A stretch of DNA of 64,000 bases from NCBI RefSeq assembly GCF_006345805.1, contig NC_043010.1, forward strand, positions 51,026,001 through 51,090,000, given 5' to 3'. The stretch is from Octopus sinensis. Lineage: Eukaryota. A program made the position numbers and the translations under genes. The notes under the pieces were generated by a model, which had not been told where the DNA came from, made no database searches, and worked only from the letters and a program-made list of their open reading frames with translations. Of this stretch, positions 12,401 to 25,528 are shown piece after piece. Positions within the stretch are counted from its first letter, which is position 1. Every line of letters begins with the position of its first letter.

Positions 12401-12712
12401 TGGAGACACATGGCTTAGTGGTTAGAGCAGCGGATTCGCGGTCGAGGGATTGCGGGTTCAAATCTCAGATTGGGTGATGTGTGTGTTTATGAGTGAAACA
12501 TTTAAGCTCTATGCGGGTCTGGCAGAAGGTAATGGCGAACTTCTGCTGACTCTTTCGCCATAACTTTCTCTCACTCTTTCCTCCTGCATCTTGCAGCTCA
12601 CCCACAATGGACTAGCGTCTCATCCAGGTGGGGAACCTATATGCCAAGGAATCCAGGAAACCGGCCCTATGAGCCAAGCATGGCTTGAGAAGGAACAAAC
12701 AACAATAAGCAA
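12401..12712 (+). mobile_element. SINE C
   Basis: Family match, TSD ggtgtcatag. Confidence 0.9.
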
Positions 12713-14059
12713 AGGTGTCATAGTGAAGATCTGATCAAAGACTTTGCAATTAAAAAAAAAAGAGAAAAATTTTCAAATATAAACAAAGTAGAAGTATACA
12801 AAAATAAATAATTATTTTATGGTTTATGTTTTTAATTACATATATATATATATATAATATATGGGGACACCAAAATCTTAATGTTTAGGGTCTCTATGGG
12901 ACTAAATCCAGCCCTGATTTTTATTAGGTTTTGCAGGGCAAATACAAATAAAACCTTGGTGCCTGACATAAATAAGACCACCAAAAATTGTAATATAAAA
13001 CGGGTTTGATAGAACAACTATATGACATTGTCTGTTGTGTGAGTTATCAAGGGACGCATTTGAATGTTTGGTCAAGAAGAAATGCCATTGAGTGCTTTGT
13101 CCAGCACAGCTCAAAAATATTCTTTTCTACTCTTGGGACAAGGCTCGAAATTTTTGGGGAGTGGGAGCCAGTCAATTAGATTGACCCCAGTATGCAACTG
13201 ATACTTAATTTATTGCCCTCGAAAGGATGTTGACCTTGACGGAATTTGAACTCAGAATGTAAGGCAGACAAAATACCGCTAAGCATTTCACCCAGCATGC
13301 TAACGTTTCTGCCAGCTTTATAGCTCAAAAATATTAAAAATATTAAAAGTCACAAAAAAACTATAATAAAAACATTTTTTTGGATTAATTCACATAATTG
13401 CAAGCATCACCGGTTCTTCCTCCCAACTTTTTGGATTCTAGACATCGAGACAAAGAAAATGATATAGCAACCTCGAAAATGACTGGGGTGACACTTACAA
13501 CACTCTGTTACTAAACGCCTCATTTGATATGTATGTGTACATCTATGTATGTGCATGTTTTTGACGTTTGTCCCTGCCATTGTGTGACAACTGGTTTCAG
13601 TTTGTTTATGTCCAGTAACTTAGTAGTTCAACTTTAACCCATAAAGTGCTGGGATTTGCACTTACATAGCATGTACTGCTGAGCACATTTTATGAAAATG
13701 AAACTACCATGCACATATGAAAAACAAAAAATAATTAAAATATCTTCTTAGTATATAATGGTGGCAAGTTTTACATCATCTGAAAAGTCATTAGTTGAAC
13801 TATCCCATGACAGACATTTCAACAAACACCCATAAATTAAATGCATTTATCTGAGATTAAATGCATTTATCTCAGATAAAATGCATTTATATGAGCCATG
13901 ATCATAGCCTGGCGACCTGTGCCTGATGGCCAAGATCATGGCCCATTGCACACTATGTGTTAAAAGATCGATGGAATAGGTACCAGACTTTAAAAAATAT
14001 AAGTGCTGCAGTTGATTCGGACAGCTAAAACTCCTGACAGCAGTGCCCCAGCATGGCCT

Positions 14060-14400
14060 TTCATGCAGAGGGAGAAGCCTTTTGTTACCAACAATGGTAA
14101 TAGCTCTCTGGACTTTACCCAGCCAGTTCTTATTCTGGTAACTACACTTTTAGAGCTATCTCCACTTTTGGTAATTTGGTCACCTCAGTAATGAAAACTA
14201 TCTACTACTGTCAAGAATCCCCCTGGACATTTGACGAAATCTATTTCCTGTACAAGTGAAAGGGAAAACTGTTTCAATGGTACAAAGTATTACTTGCTCT
14301 GTGCATAAAACAACAGGTTGCTCAATAGTATTTGTATAATAGGCGAGGCTGCAATTATACACAAAATACAAGAGAATAATGTCCCACAGTGTGAGAAAAT
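14060..14400 (-). mobile_element. Old RTE LINE fragment
   Basis: Minus strand reads ...VVDSFHY.GDQIT...RIRTGWVKSRELLPLLVTKGFSL, matching the 9149 LINE. Confidence 0.75.
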
Positions 14401-14933
14401 TAAAAACGTTGATAAAATAATACTTGTATTAATTTTTTGTTACTTGAAATTGTGAACATCAAGACATTCCAAGAATTTTAGTTTTAAAGCAAAGAAATTT
14501 AAAATCGTATTATGGCTTAAGTTCAAAATTATATATATATATATATAGATAGATAGATAGATAGATATCACAAATCTCATTTGTTTGCATATTTTTATTG
14601 AATAACAATAAAAGTACACACCCAGTCTTACTGACATGAGAATTCACTCACTCACACACACACACATTCACAGTCATGTGTGCTTGCATGTGTTAGATTT
14701 TTAAAATACACACCCAATTATACAAACAAACTCACACTAAAGTGTGTGCTTGCATGTGTGTGTGTGTGTGTGTGTGTGTGAGCCAAGTCTTGTGTTGGAG
14801 CCACTTCTCTTCCTTTCTTCTCTTCTGTTTTTCTGAAGGAAACTAGCTATGGTTAGAACATGTAATAGATGGATTTTGCCAGGCTTAAAATTACCCAAGA
14901 TACAGTACTCTAGAATTTCCTTACAAGTTGAGA

Positions 14934-14971
<38 letters not shown>

Positions 14972-14977
<6 letters not shown>

Positions 14978-15150
14978 TATATAGAAGGAGCTTCTACAGG
15001 ACTAGAACTGTTTCATTCAAAAGAACTGATGATTCTTTTGAATGAAACAGTTCTAGTCCTGTAGAAGCTCCTTCTATATAATAAATTAATTTACTCTGCT
15101 ATGTATTGAGTACCTTATTTACTGTGGTTAACCCCGACTCAACCGGGACC

Positions 15151-15152
<2 letters not shown>
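14972..15152. mobile_element. (TA)n-flanked foldback element, PLE-like
   Basis: 54-bp perfect inverted arms plus about 65 bp of extra sequence, between TA tracts. Confidence 0.5.
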
Positions 15153-15228
<76 letters not shown>

Positions 15229-15486
15229 TATATATGTCCAACCAATGCTAGCATGGAAAATGGACATTAAATGATGATGATGATGATAATAATGATGATG
15301 ATATATATATATACATATATTCATATATTATATCCATATATTCATATATATATATATATATCCATATACATGTATATATATATTCATATATATATATCCA
15401 TATACATGTATGTATGTTTACATACATACATACATACATACAAATATATATATATATATATGGATATATATATCTATGTATATGTA

Positions 15487-15529
<43 letters not shown>

Positions 15530-16229
15530 GTATATGTATGTGTGTGTGTGTGTGTGAAGGTGCATGGCTTAGTGATTAAGTTGTTGCACTTATGATTGCA
15601 AGATTGTGGGTTCAATTCCCAGACTGAGTGTTGTGTTGTGTTCTTGAGCAAAGCACTTCATTTCACAATGCTGTGATCATTTCAACATCTGACATGTGGC
15701 ACCCATTGCACCTGTACAGGTAATGTCAATCTGATGGAGGGAGTGAGCTTATGTCTAAACAAACATTTGATCCCTATAAACAAATCATCTGTGTGGTTGC
15801 TCAATAAGAAATTGTCAAACCCTCATATGTTGTCTAATGACGGGAGAGTCTGTCTGGAAGGTCGTGTCCCAGCATAGCTGCAGTCAAATGACTGAAGCAA
15901 GTAAAAGATAAAAGATATATACCATGAAAAGGGGTTACTTTGAATAATTTTAGACTTCTTATTGCAATAATTTCATAACCCTTTTCCAATCTTAACTAAA
16001 TTTGACTATGTTAGGGGAACTAAATAGGTAAACTAATATATGAAATAAAAATATATTGCAATCAATATTTGATTACTTTTTTTTACATAATTGTTACTAT
16101 GCAAAGTATTCCCTGATTTGGGGTTACTTTGAACATGTTTTTTTATTAACAAATACAATGTTTTTTATTAACAAATACAAAAAAAGTCAATGAACAGCTT
16201 TAAGTGTTATAACACTAAAGAAAATGTCA

Positions 16230-16960
16230 TACAGTTATCAGTAAGTCACATTTTATATTCCCCATTCTTGTTCCAGGTCAGAGAATCGATAGAAACCCCT
16301 GTTGTTCAGTGGAATCTCTTTTGTTTTCATTTCTGCCACATCTTCCCAGTCGTAGAGGAGTTTATCCTCTTTCAGTGGCCTCTTCCACCTTAGCACCATC
16401 CGATCGTGGCCGTTCGCCAGCCTTGTCTGGCCTCCGTGCCGGTGGCATGTAAAAAGCACCATCCAATCGTGGCCATTTGCCAGCCTCGTCTGGCACCTGT
16501 GCCGGTGCACGTAAAAAGCTATCAACTACACTCACGGAGTGGTTGGCGTTAGGAAGGGCATCCAGCTGTAGAAACACTGCCAGATCAGACTGGGCCTGGT
16601 GCAGCCTTCTGGCTTCCTAGACCCCAGTTGAACCGTCCAACCCATGCTAGCATGGAAAGCGGATGTTAAATGACGATGATGATGATGATGATGATGATTT
16701 TGTCAATGATGACACAAGTGCTCCATCACTTCCAGCTGAGATCACTTGACCGGGAAATGTTTGCTCTTCATACCTCACAATGACAAAGTTTCCAACAAAA
16801 CCACTTCATCTTTCTGTGTTTTCTGCTCACGCCATGTCTGAAGCACCAGAATGCCTGTCACATTCAGTCATAGAAACATCACTAACCACAGAGTTTAGCT
16901 CTTCATCATTCAAATTCTCTTGGTGCTCTCTTTCTCCATGCTTCTCTGTAACTGTTGATG
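16230..16960 (-). pseudogene. Decayed pogo-like transposase C-terminal domain, split by the 16391 insertion
   Basis: VGNFVIVRYEEQTFPGQVI...LVSSLTKS // RWKRPLKEDKLLYDWEDV...NNRGFY resembles the GDFV.V.Y...YPG.V...WKWP..ED tail of pogo-type transposases. In-frame stops present. Confidence 0.6.
16391..16698 (+). mobile_element. RTE 3'-UTR/tail copy inserted into a transposase relic
   Basis: Same family, (GAT)n tail ending at 16698. Confidence 0.9.
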
Positions 16961-16962
16961 GA

Positions 16963-17080
16963 CTGGTGGGAAACAAATTCTAGGCTGGATTCCAAACGTG
17001 GCAGGAACACTGGAACCAGTGTATTGCTGTACAAAGTGACTATTTCAAAGAGGATGATGTTAAAACTTAGATAAATAGGT
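16963..17080 (+). mobile_element. Mariner transposase C-terminal fragment
   Basis: ...GFQTWQEHWNQCIAVQSDYFKED resembles the mariner ending W.KRW..CI...G.YFE. Confidence 0.5.
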
Positions 17081-17219
17081 GCAGGAGTGGCTGTGTGGTA
17101 AGTAGCTTGCTCACCAACCACATGGTTTTGGGTTCAGTCCCACTATGTTATAAAAGTGTTTAATCATTAAAATTAATTGCATGTTTTAACTACTTGAAAT
17201 AATAATATATATAGGTGTA

Positions 17220-17621
17220 GGAGTGGCTGTGTGGTAAGTAGTTTGCTTACCAACCACATGGTTCCAGGTTCAGTCCCACTGCATGGCACCTTTAGGCAAG
17301 TGTCTTCTACTATAGCCTTGGACCGACCAAAGCCTTGTGAGTGGATTTGGCAGACAGAAACTGAAAGAAGCCTGTCGTATATATGTATATGTATATTTAT
17401 GTATGTGTGTTTGTGTGTCTGTGTGTCCCTCCCAACATCGCTTGACAACTGATACTGGTGTGTTTACATCCCTGTAACTTAGCGGTTTGGCAAAAGAGAC
17501 CAATAGAATAAGTACTAGGCTTACAAAGAAAAAGTCCTGGGGTTGATTTGCTGGGCTAAAGGCAGTGCCCCAGCATGGCCACAGTCAAATGACTGAAACA
17601 AGTAAATAAGTAAATGAGTAA
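17220..17621 (+). mobile_element. SINE A, full length
   Basis: Head to tail match with the other copies. Confidence 0.9.
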
Positions 17622-18194
17622 ATATGCTATTTTTTTTATTAAACAAAACTGGTTCAGGAACTCTTTGAGGCCACCTCGTACATATAACTCACTTTTTGAT
17701 ACCACCTTGTATATATCAAAAGAGGATCCCGAGCAATAGGCTCATAAAGCCAGTTTCATGAATTCTGTGATGTATATATTCTCCCCTGGATTACTCATTT
17801 TTGCCAGCTGAGTGGACTGGAGCAACATGAAATGAAGTGTTTTGCTCAAAAAGACAATGCATTGCCCAGTCCGGGAATCAAAACCACAATCTTACGATCA
17901 TGATGCTGATACCCTAACCACTAAGTATATTTGTGTGTGTGCGCATGAATGTGTGCATGTGTGGTCTTGTGAATACTTTTACCCCCACAACCAGTGGGAA
18001 ACCACTACTTGTTTGTTTATGTCTCCATAACATAGCAGTTCAACAGAAAAAAAAAAAACACTGATAGAATAAGCACCAGGTTTAAAAAGAAAAATAACTG
18101 GGACTGATTTGTGCAACTAAACTCTACAAGGCAATGCACTAGAATGACTACACTCCAATGTCTGAAACATATATATATATATTATATAAAAACA

Positions 18195-18380
18195 ATATCC
18201 CTACACATCTCACATCTATTTTCTTTTCTCCACCTCACTCTCTATTTTGTATCTTACCTAAATTAACTATTACTTAACCATCCTCTCACACCGTCTCCAA
18301 TGAAGGGATATAATAAATATCCTGGAAACAGCTGTAAGACCTACTATCTTTAAATTGTTCTAAAATCTACACACCCTGGC
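18195..18380 (+). mobile_element. PLE pLTR-like fragment with a decayed hammerhead fold
   Basis: See the finding at 18293-18340. Confidence 0.5.
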
Positions 18381-18449
18381 TTTTTTTTTTATCTCATTAC
18401 GAAATATATACACATACATACATATACATACACACATATATACATATGT

Positions 18450-18718
18450 ATACATACGTCTACTCTGTAAAGTGGTTGGTGTTAGAAAGGACATCCAGCT
18501 GTAGAAATCATGCCAAAACAGAGAGTAGAGCTCAGTGCAGTCCTCTGGTTTTCCAGCTCTTGTCAAATCTACAATTCAATTTTACTGGATGGAAAGTCAA
18601 GTTCCTGTCAAACCATCCAACCCATGCCAGCATAGAAGGCAGACATTAAATGATGATGATGATCATGATGATGATGATGATGATGATGGTGGTGATGGTG
18701 ATGATGATGATGATGATG
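18450..18718 (+). mobile_element. RTE tail fragment with an expanded (GAT)n tail
   Basis: gtggttggtgttagaaaggacatccagctg...catgccagcat...aaatgatgat. Confidence 0.8.
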
Positions 18719-19529
18719 TATATATATACATATATATGAAGTGAACAGACAGGGATAATATGTCCAGTCAGGTACTGTTCAAGCACTCTTGCATAGTCCA
18801 AGTTCTGGTTAACCACATCGAATGAGACAGAATAATCTGAGACTATTTAAGGTAAACAATCGCGATGTATTTCACCCGATGGGTAAATGCTGAATTTACT
18901 TTGTTGGATTATAAACAGTTTACTGAGTGTATATTCAAGACAATTCAAATAAATAAGGACAATTATACATCTACACAGCTTTTATTATTATGGTCATTTA
19001 TACAGTATATTTAATTTAAAGAGGTAGAATATGTGACCTGTTTGAATGATAAAGGGTTATTTGATGGCATATAAGACATGCTGTTTCCCCCCCCCCCAAA
19101 AAAAAAATGTCTCAAAAATTCACCCCGGGTCCTTTATATCCAAAGTTGTGTCTACATTATATGCTTAAGTGCACTAAAAACTTTTTTCCCTGAATATGAG
19201 ATGCCGAAACTGTAGTGTGTTTAATATGACCATGCACCTTGTATGCCATCATATATGATATGTTTTTTGGCATATGTATAATTGTTATTTATTAGTGAGT
19301 TATTCCAGCTACATTTCATATGGTTTCATGATAATTTCTTTGATGATGCTAGCTATAACAATTCAGTTTTACATGATAGAAAGTCAAGGTTATGAGTGTT
19401 TGAATCAACCATTTCCCAAGGTCTTTGAAATTGTAGATGATGCAGAATTGTCTGGGAAATTAAACCATATTATAGATTGTAGATTATAAATATCTTCGAC
19501 GGCCTCACAGGTAATTGGCAGTTTAATTA

Positions 19530-19712
<183 letters not shown>

Positions 19713-19777
19713 TTATCTCACTTTGTGAGCAAGATAATAGAATGTAATCCATGCACACATGCACACACACACACACG

Positions 19778-19840
<63 letters not shown>

Positions 19841-20297
19841 ACACAAAAGGTATTCAGAGAATCAAACTGAACTCATGGTAAGCAGTTCCAGCTGGAGATC
19901 TGGCTATCATGTAACACGGCTATCAGATAACACAGTTGTAACAAATTTAGGATGCAATCTAACATGACCACACACCTGAAAATTGAGGAAACACTATTAT
20001 GGAATGTATAATAATAATCAAATAAAATCTAGGATAAGTGAGAGGTGAAAAATATTTCAGTCTGTATGTTTACAGTCGTTTCATAAGTCATATTTAGGGG
20101 AGGGGGCAAGTCGAATACATTGACCCCAATGCATAACTGGTACTTATTTTATCAACCCCAAAAGGATGAAAGACAAAGTCAACTTTAACAGAATTTGAAC
20201 TCAGAACATGATGACAGATGAAATATCACCAAGCATTTTGCCTGGTATGCTAATGATTCTACCAGCTCACTGCCCTGACAATAACAATAATAATAAC

Positions 20298-20648
20298 AAC
20301 AAGAGCACTCAGAGAGTGCAAACCTCCGCCAAGGCAACACCAATGTCCACTCAACGATTAGCCAGAGATAATTTTTAAAATGAGAATATCTGAAATAAAC
20401 TTGACTGCTCTCACAAACGAGGATACTATGAATGAACCCGACCGCTCTCGGAAAAATAATCCAGAATCCTTGTCCATTACCGGATCAATTCCTAAATCTA
20501 ATCAGTTTCTGCCAGTTACAAGGCCAAACATCCCTGAAAGTTTCATCTGAATCCATCCAGCAGTTCTTGAGATATCTTGTCCACAGATAAACAAACAAAC
20601 AAACATGACTGAAAACAATGCCCCCACCTTTGCTAGGGTGGAGGTAAT
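20298..20648 (+). mobile_element. Helentron-associated non-autonomous element (HINE/DINE-1-like)
   Basis: 5' AACAAGAGCACTCAGAGAG...CCTCCGCCAAGG subterminal motif, 3' hairpin CCCCACC...GGGTGGAGG, (AAAC)n near the 3' end. Family assignment is from recall. Confidence 0.55.
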
Positions 20649-20672
20649 AACAAAGCAATAGAGAAGAATTTA

Positions 20673-20849
<177 letters not shown>

Positions 20850-21000
20850 CTACCATTTCAAAAGTAAAGTTAACAAATAAGTGAAAACATGCTTTACCAA
20901 TTTACAAAGCAAAAATAAATAAATAAATACATAAATACTAAACTCAAGCATGGCCATGTATTTAAAAAGCTTGCTTCACACCCACATGGTTTGGAGTATA

Positions 21001-21836
21001 TATTGGGTTGTCCGCAAAGTTCATGCCGATTTATAGTAGCTTACCTTTCGACTTAAAGATCCACGTTGGCCCAGATCAAAGAAACCAACAATCTAAAGCA
21101 TTCTAGGCACAACCATCTCATTTTAAAGTGATGTATTGAGTTGTCCGGAAGGTTTGTGCCGATTTATAGTAGCCTGCCTTTCGACTTAAAGATCCACGTT
21201 GGCCCAGATCAAAGAAACCAACAATCTAAAGCATTCTAGGCACAACCATCTCATTTTAAAATGATGTATTGAGTTGTCCGGAAAGTTCGTGCCAATTTAT
21301 AGCAGCTTACATTTTGACTTATTTTACAACATGGTTGAGTCCATAAAATAAGATTTGACTACACCTCCATTTGGAGCACAGTTTAAGCTATCCTTTCGTG
21401 GAAGAAGGTTTATGTTCCTATAACCTGTGTTAATTCTGTAACCCTTTAAAATGGAAGATAAGAAAGTTCATTTTCGGCACTTGATGCTTTGGGAACCAGA
21501 CAAAAATTGCCATAACTTGGCTGGGATGTGTTATTCCACCCTCCATATTCACCAGATATTGCTCCTTCGGATTTCCACTTATTCAGGTCTCTGCAGAATA
21601 GTCTTAATGGTAAAAATTCCAATTCTTTGGATGATGTAAAAAGATACCTTGATGAATTCTTTGCCATGAAACCACCCCAATTCTGGGAAGAGGGTATTTT
21701 CAAGTTAAAGGAAAGATGGAGACGCATTGTGCCACAAAATGGTTCATATTTGGTTGATTAAAAATGTAATGGCAAGTATTTATTGACCTTTTTCTTTCTT
21801 TTAAAAATCAGCATGAACTTTCCGGACAACCCATTA
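21001..21836 (+). mobile_element. Internally deleted mariner (Hsmar1/cecropia-like) with triplicated left end
   Basis: TIRs of about 30 bp (tattgggttgtccg / cggacaacccatta), N-terminal MEDKKVHFRHLML fused to C-terminal HPPYSPDIAPSDFHLFRSLQ...ERW. 133-bp units start at 21001, 21134 and 21267. Confidence 0.9.
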
Positions 21837-23169
21837 TGTAAGGCCAGCAGTTTCCCATGCATACCAGCCTTCCTTCTCCATGCCACTAATGTTATCCAAG
21901 GGAAAGGCAAAGGGGCCAATATAGCTTGGCACCAGTGATATTGCAACTCATTTCTACAGCTGAGTGAATTGGAGCAACGTGAAATAAAGTGTCTTGTTCA
22001 AGAACACAACATGCAGCCCGGTCTAGGGATCGAACTCACTACCTCACGATCATAAGCTTGATGCTCTAACCACTGAGCCATGCACCTTCACTGTATATAT
22101 AAATGTGCATATATACGTATAAATGCATGCATGTAAGTATGAATACCTGTATGATTGTGTATATGTATGCCTGTATACATAAACATGCATGTATATATGT
22201 ATATATATAAGTAAGAATGCCTGGAATTATGATTGCATATGTATATATATATATAAATAAAAAGGGGTTTGTATGATTGTGTATAGAGGGATGTATATTA
22301 TTGCATATATGTCACAATTCCTGTCACAACCTGGGACCATGAAGAAATCAAGAAAGTATACTAGTCCCTTAATATTTGATATTCAGTATTTCATCTATTC
22401 AATAAGATAATCAATACTTTATTTCATTTTACTATATATACTATATATACTATTTATACTATATATTCTATATTCTACATTAATATTATAAAGAATATAA
22501 ATAAAACATAAAAAACAGACAGAGTTGGAATTCCTTTGAATAATATACCTATATATACATATGCCTGTACATATACACATACATGTATGTATGCATTTAA
22601 ATAAGTATGCATGTATACATACAGATTTATACATGTATACATGTATGTATGCATTTAAATAAGTATGCATGTATACATGCAGATTTATACATGCAAGCAT
22701 ATGTGCATGTTTGTATGTAAGAATGCTTGTACAAGTTTATATGAATGTGTAGCCATAGCTGTGTAAAGTCGTATGCACTTTCAACAACAACTAACCTTAA
22801 ACGAGACCAAGTCCATTCCTAGCACTTTAGTATAAAAATTGACTGTCTGCTCAATATCCTTGACCGTAATTACAAAATGATCCAAGCGGTCAACTTTGAA
22901 ACCAGTTGACATTTTCGAAGATACCAAATATGGCCGGATCTGGCAAAACAGAAAATAAAAGAAAGAAAATCATAAATAGAAAATAATAATTTAAATATCA
23001 AGTTTTGAAGTCGTTGACATTTTCAAATGTAATCAAATATGTTAAGACAATAACATGTATGGCTGTTTTCCTCTGTATAGTGGTGAGGAGCTGAACTGTT
23101 TGTTGTTATTTCTGCTGTAATTTAATTCCAGATCAGTTCTGATTAGGCAGACCTGTGATACACATGATC

Positions 23170-23560
23170 TCATCATCATCATCATCGTTTAACGTCCGCT
23201 TTCCATTCTAGCATGGGTTGGATGATTTGACTGAAGACTGGTGAACCAGATGGCTGCACCAGGCTCCAGTCTGATCTGGCAGAGTTTCTACAGCTGGATG
23301 CCCTTCCTAACGCCAACCACTCCGAGAGTGTAGTGGGTGCTTTTACGTGCCACTGGCACAAGGGCCAGTCAGGTGGTACTGGCAACGACTCGCTCAAATG
23401 CTTTTCATGTGTCAGTAGGCGACGCAGGTAACGATCATGCTCAAATGGTGTTTTTTACGTGCCGCTGGCACGGAGGCCAGCTTGCTGCTCTGGCAAAAAT
23501 CATGCTCGGCTGATACTCTTAGTGCTACACTAGCATGGATGCCAGTCATCAAATTTGATC
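23170..23560 (-). mobile_element. RTE 3'-UTR/tail copy
   Basis: tttaacgtccgctttccat...ctggatgcccttcctaacgcc, matching the 35320 subfamily. Confidence 0.85.
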
Positions 23561-25284
23561 TTGATTTTGAGTTCAAATATTGTCAGGGACAACTTTGCCT
23601 CTCATTCCTTCAGGAGCAATAAAATAAGTACCAGTTGTGCAGTGGGGTCAATATAAATGACTTAATCCCTTCCACAAAATTAGTGGCTTTGTGCCAAAAT
23701 TTGAAATTGGTAAGGCAGTTAACTGGCAGAACCTTTAGCATGTCAGGCAAAATGTTTAGCAGTATTTCATCCACCTTTATGTCCTGCATCCAAATGCTGC
23801 TGGGTCAACTTTGCCTCTCATCTTTTCAGGGTCGATAAAATAAGTATCAGTTGTGCACTGGTGTCAATGAAAATGTCTTACCCACTGCCCCTAAAGTGGA
23901 GTCTTTGTGCCAAAATATGAAACCAATATTATTATTATCAGTAGCCTTTTGAGTCTGAGAAACATGGTTCTATAATTTCTTGCTGAACAGCCTTCACAAA
24001 TGATTTGTTTATAGTGATCAAATGTAAGTGCTGCACATAAGATCAGCCCCTCCGTCAAATCAACATTGCCCGGGTAGGTTCGCAGTGTGTCACACATCGA
24101 GTGTTGAAGTGATTACAGAGCAATGTGAAATGCGCCACCCACTCTGAGAATCAAACCGACACTCTTGTGGTTGTGAGTACAATACCTTAACCACTTGGCA
24201 ACATATCCTCACTTATAAATAAATAAGTAGATAAATAAAATTAGAAATAGGTCGTAATGTCTAGAAATCAAACCAGTTTGGAATGTAACATGGTGAATAA
24301 ATTGAAAAATGTTTCGTATCTAAAGACGAGGTTAAGAGTTCAACCTAATATAATCGTATTAGCAACTCATCTCAGATACTGAGATGTCTAAACACACACA
24401 CACTAATTCATTATCATCATTTAGCATCTACTTTTCCATGCTTGCATGGATCAGATGGGAATTTGTTGAGGCAGATGTTCCATAGCTGAATACCCTGCCT
24501 GTTACCAGCCCTCACCTGTTTCCAAGGAAAGTAATATTTCCCCCATAGCCAGACTTATTCTCACAGACTATTGGAAAAGTTTTGATTTCACAATTATGTA
24601 TACTTTCCTTTTTATAAATAAAAATCAGCAACAAAAATAGTACTAATACAGAATGGCAATATATTCTTTTCTACTCTAGGCATATGGTGTATGTTGAAGG
24701 CGCATGGCTAAGTGGTTAGAGCGTCGAGCTTATGATCGTGAGGTTGTGAGTTCAAATCCTGTGTGGTAAGTTTGCTTCTTTACCACATGGTTCTGGGTTC
24801 AGTCCCATTGCATGGCACCTTGGGAAATTGTCTTCTACTATAGTCTCAGACTGGATCTGATAGATGGAAACTGAAAGAAGCCTGTGTATGGTGCTATGAG
24901 CACAGACATAGATTGTTAGTAGATGAGAACCATCTGGCAGGGATACCAGCACTGTCAGATCATATGAATTCAGCATACTGCGCTTCCTCAGTGACAGGTG
25001 ACCACTTGTCACATACCAGCCAAATCTCACTGTCAATGATATATAGAATAATAGCAACTTTTCAGTCATTGATGTCATGTGTAAATTTTTTTAACTCACC
25101 AGCAGTTCCTACCAGAACAGAATGTGGTGATTGGTTGCAGCTGTTTGGATGCTGGTGATTTGGCAAGACCAACTGGACATTGGTGATGTTGGTGCAAGCT
25201 TTTTTTGGTGACAGTACATTTTGGTACCAGAGACAAACACACACTCATGCATACACATACAGAAATATATGCAGGCACAGGCCT

Positions 25285-25528
25285 GATTGTGTGATAAGAA
25301 GGCGGCAAGCTGGCAGAAACCTTAGCACACTGGGCGAAATGCTTAGCGGTTTTTCATCAGCTGTTACATTCTGAGTTCAAATTCCGCCAAGGTCGACTTT
25401 GCCTTTCATCCTTTCAGGGTCGATAAATTAAGTATCAGTTACGCACTGGGGTCGATGTAATCGACTTAATCCCTTTGTCCTTCTTTGTCCCCTCTATGTT
25501 TAGCCCCTTGTGGGCAATAAAGAAATAA
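25285..25528 (+). mobile_element. SINE B monomer
   Basis: Family match. An inverted copy lies at 25805-26040. Confidence 0.85.

Noticed and set aside
14105-14260. Plus-strand FN3-like peptide (LSGLYPASSYSGNYTFRAIS)
   Set aside because: It is the antisense of an RTE RT fragment.
15026-15032. C/D snoRNA box
   Set aside because: No properly spaced C and D box pair, and the motif sits at a palindrome centre.
18745-18850. Minus-strand DYSVSFDVVNQNLDYARVLEQY exon or RT motif
   Set aside because: No good donor, and the resemblance to the RT AFD motif is too short.
19274-19489. ORF with a TM-like segment
   Set aside because: No consistent splice sites, and several frames on both strands are partly open. 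Unresolved.
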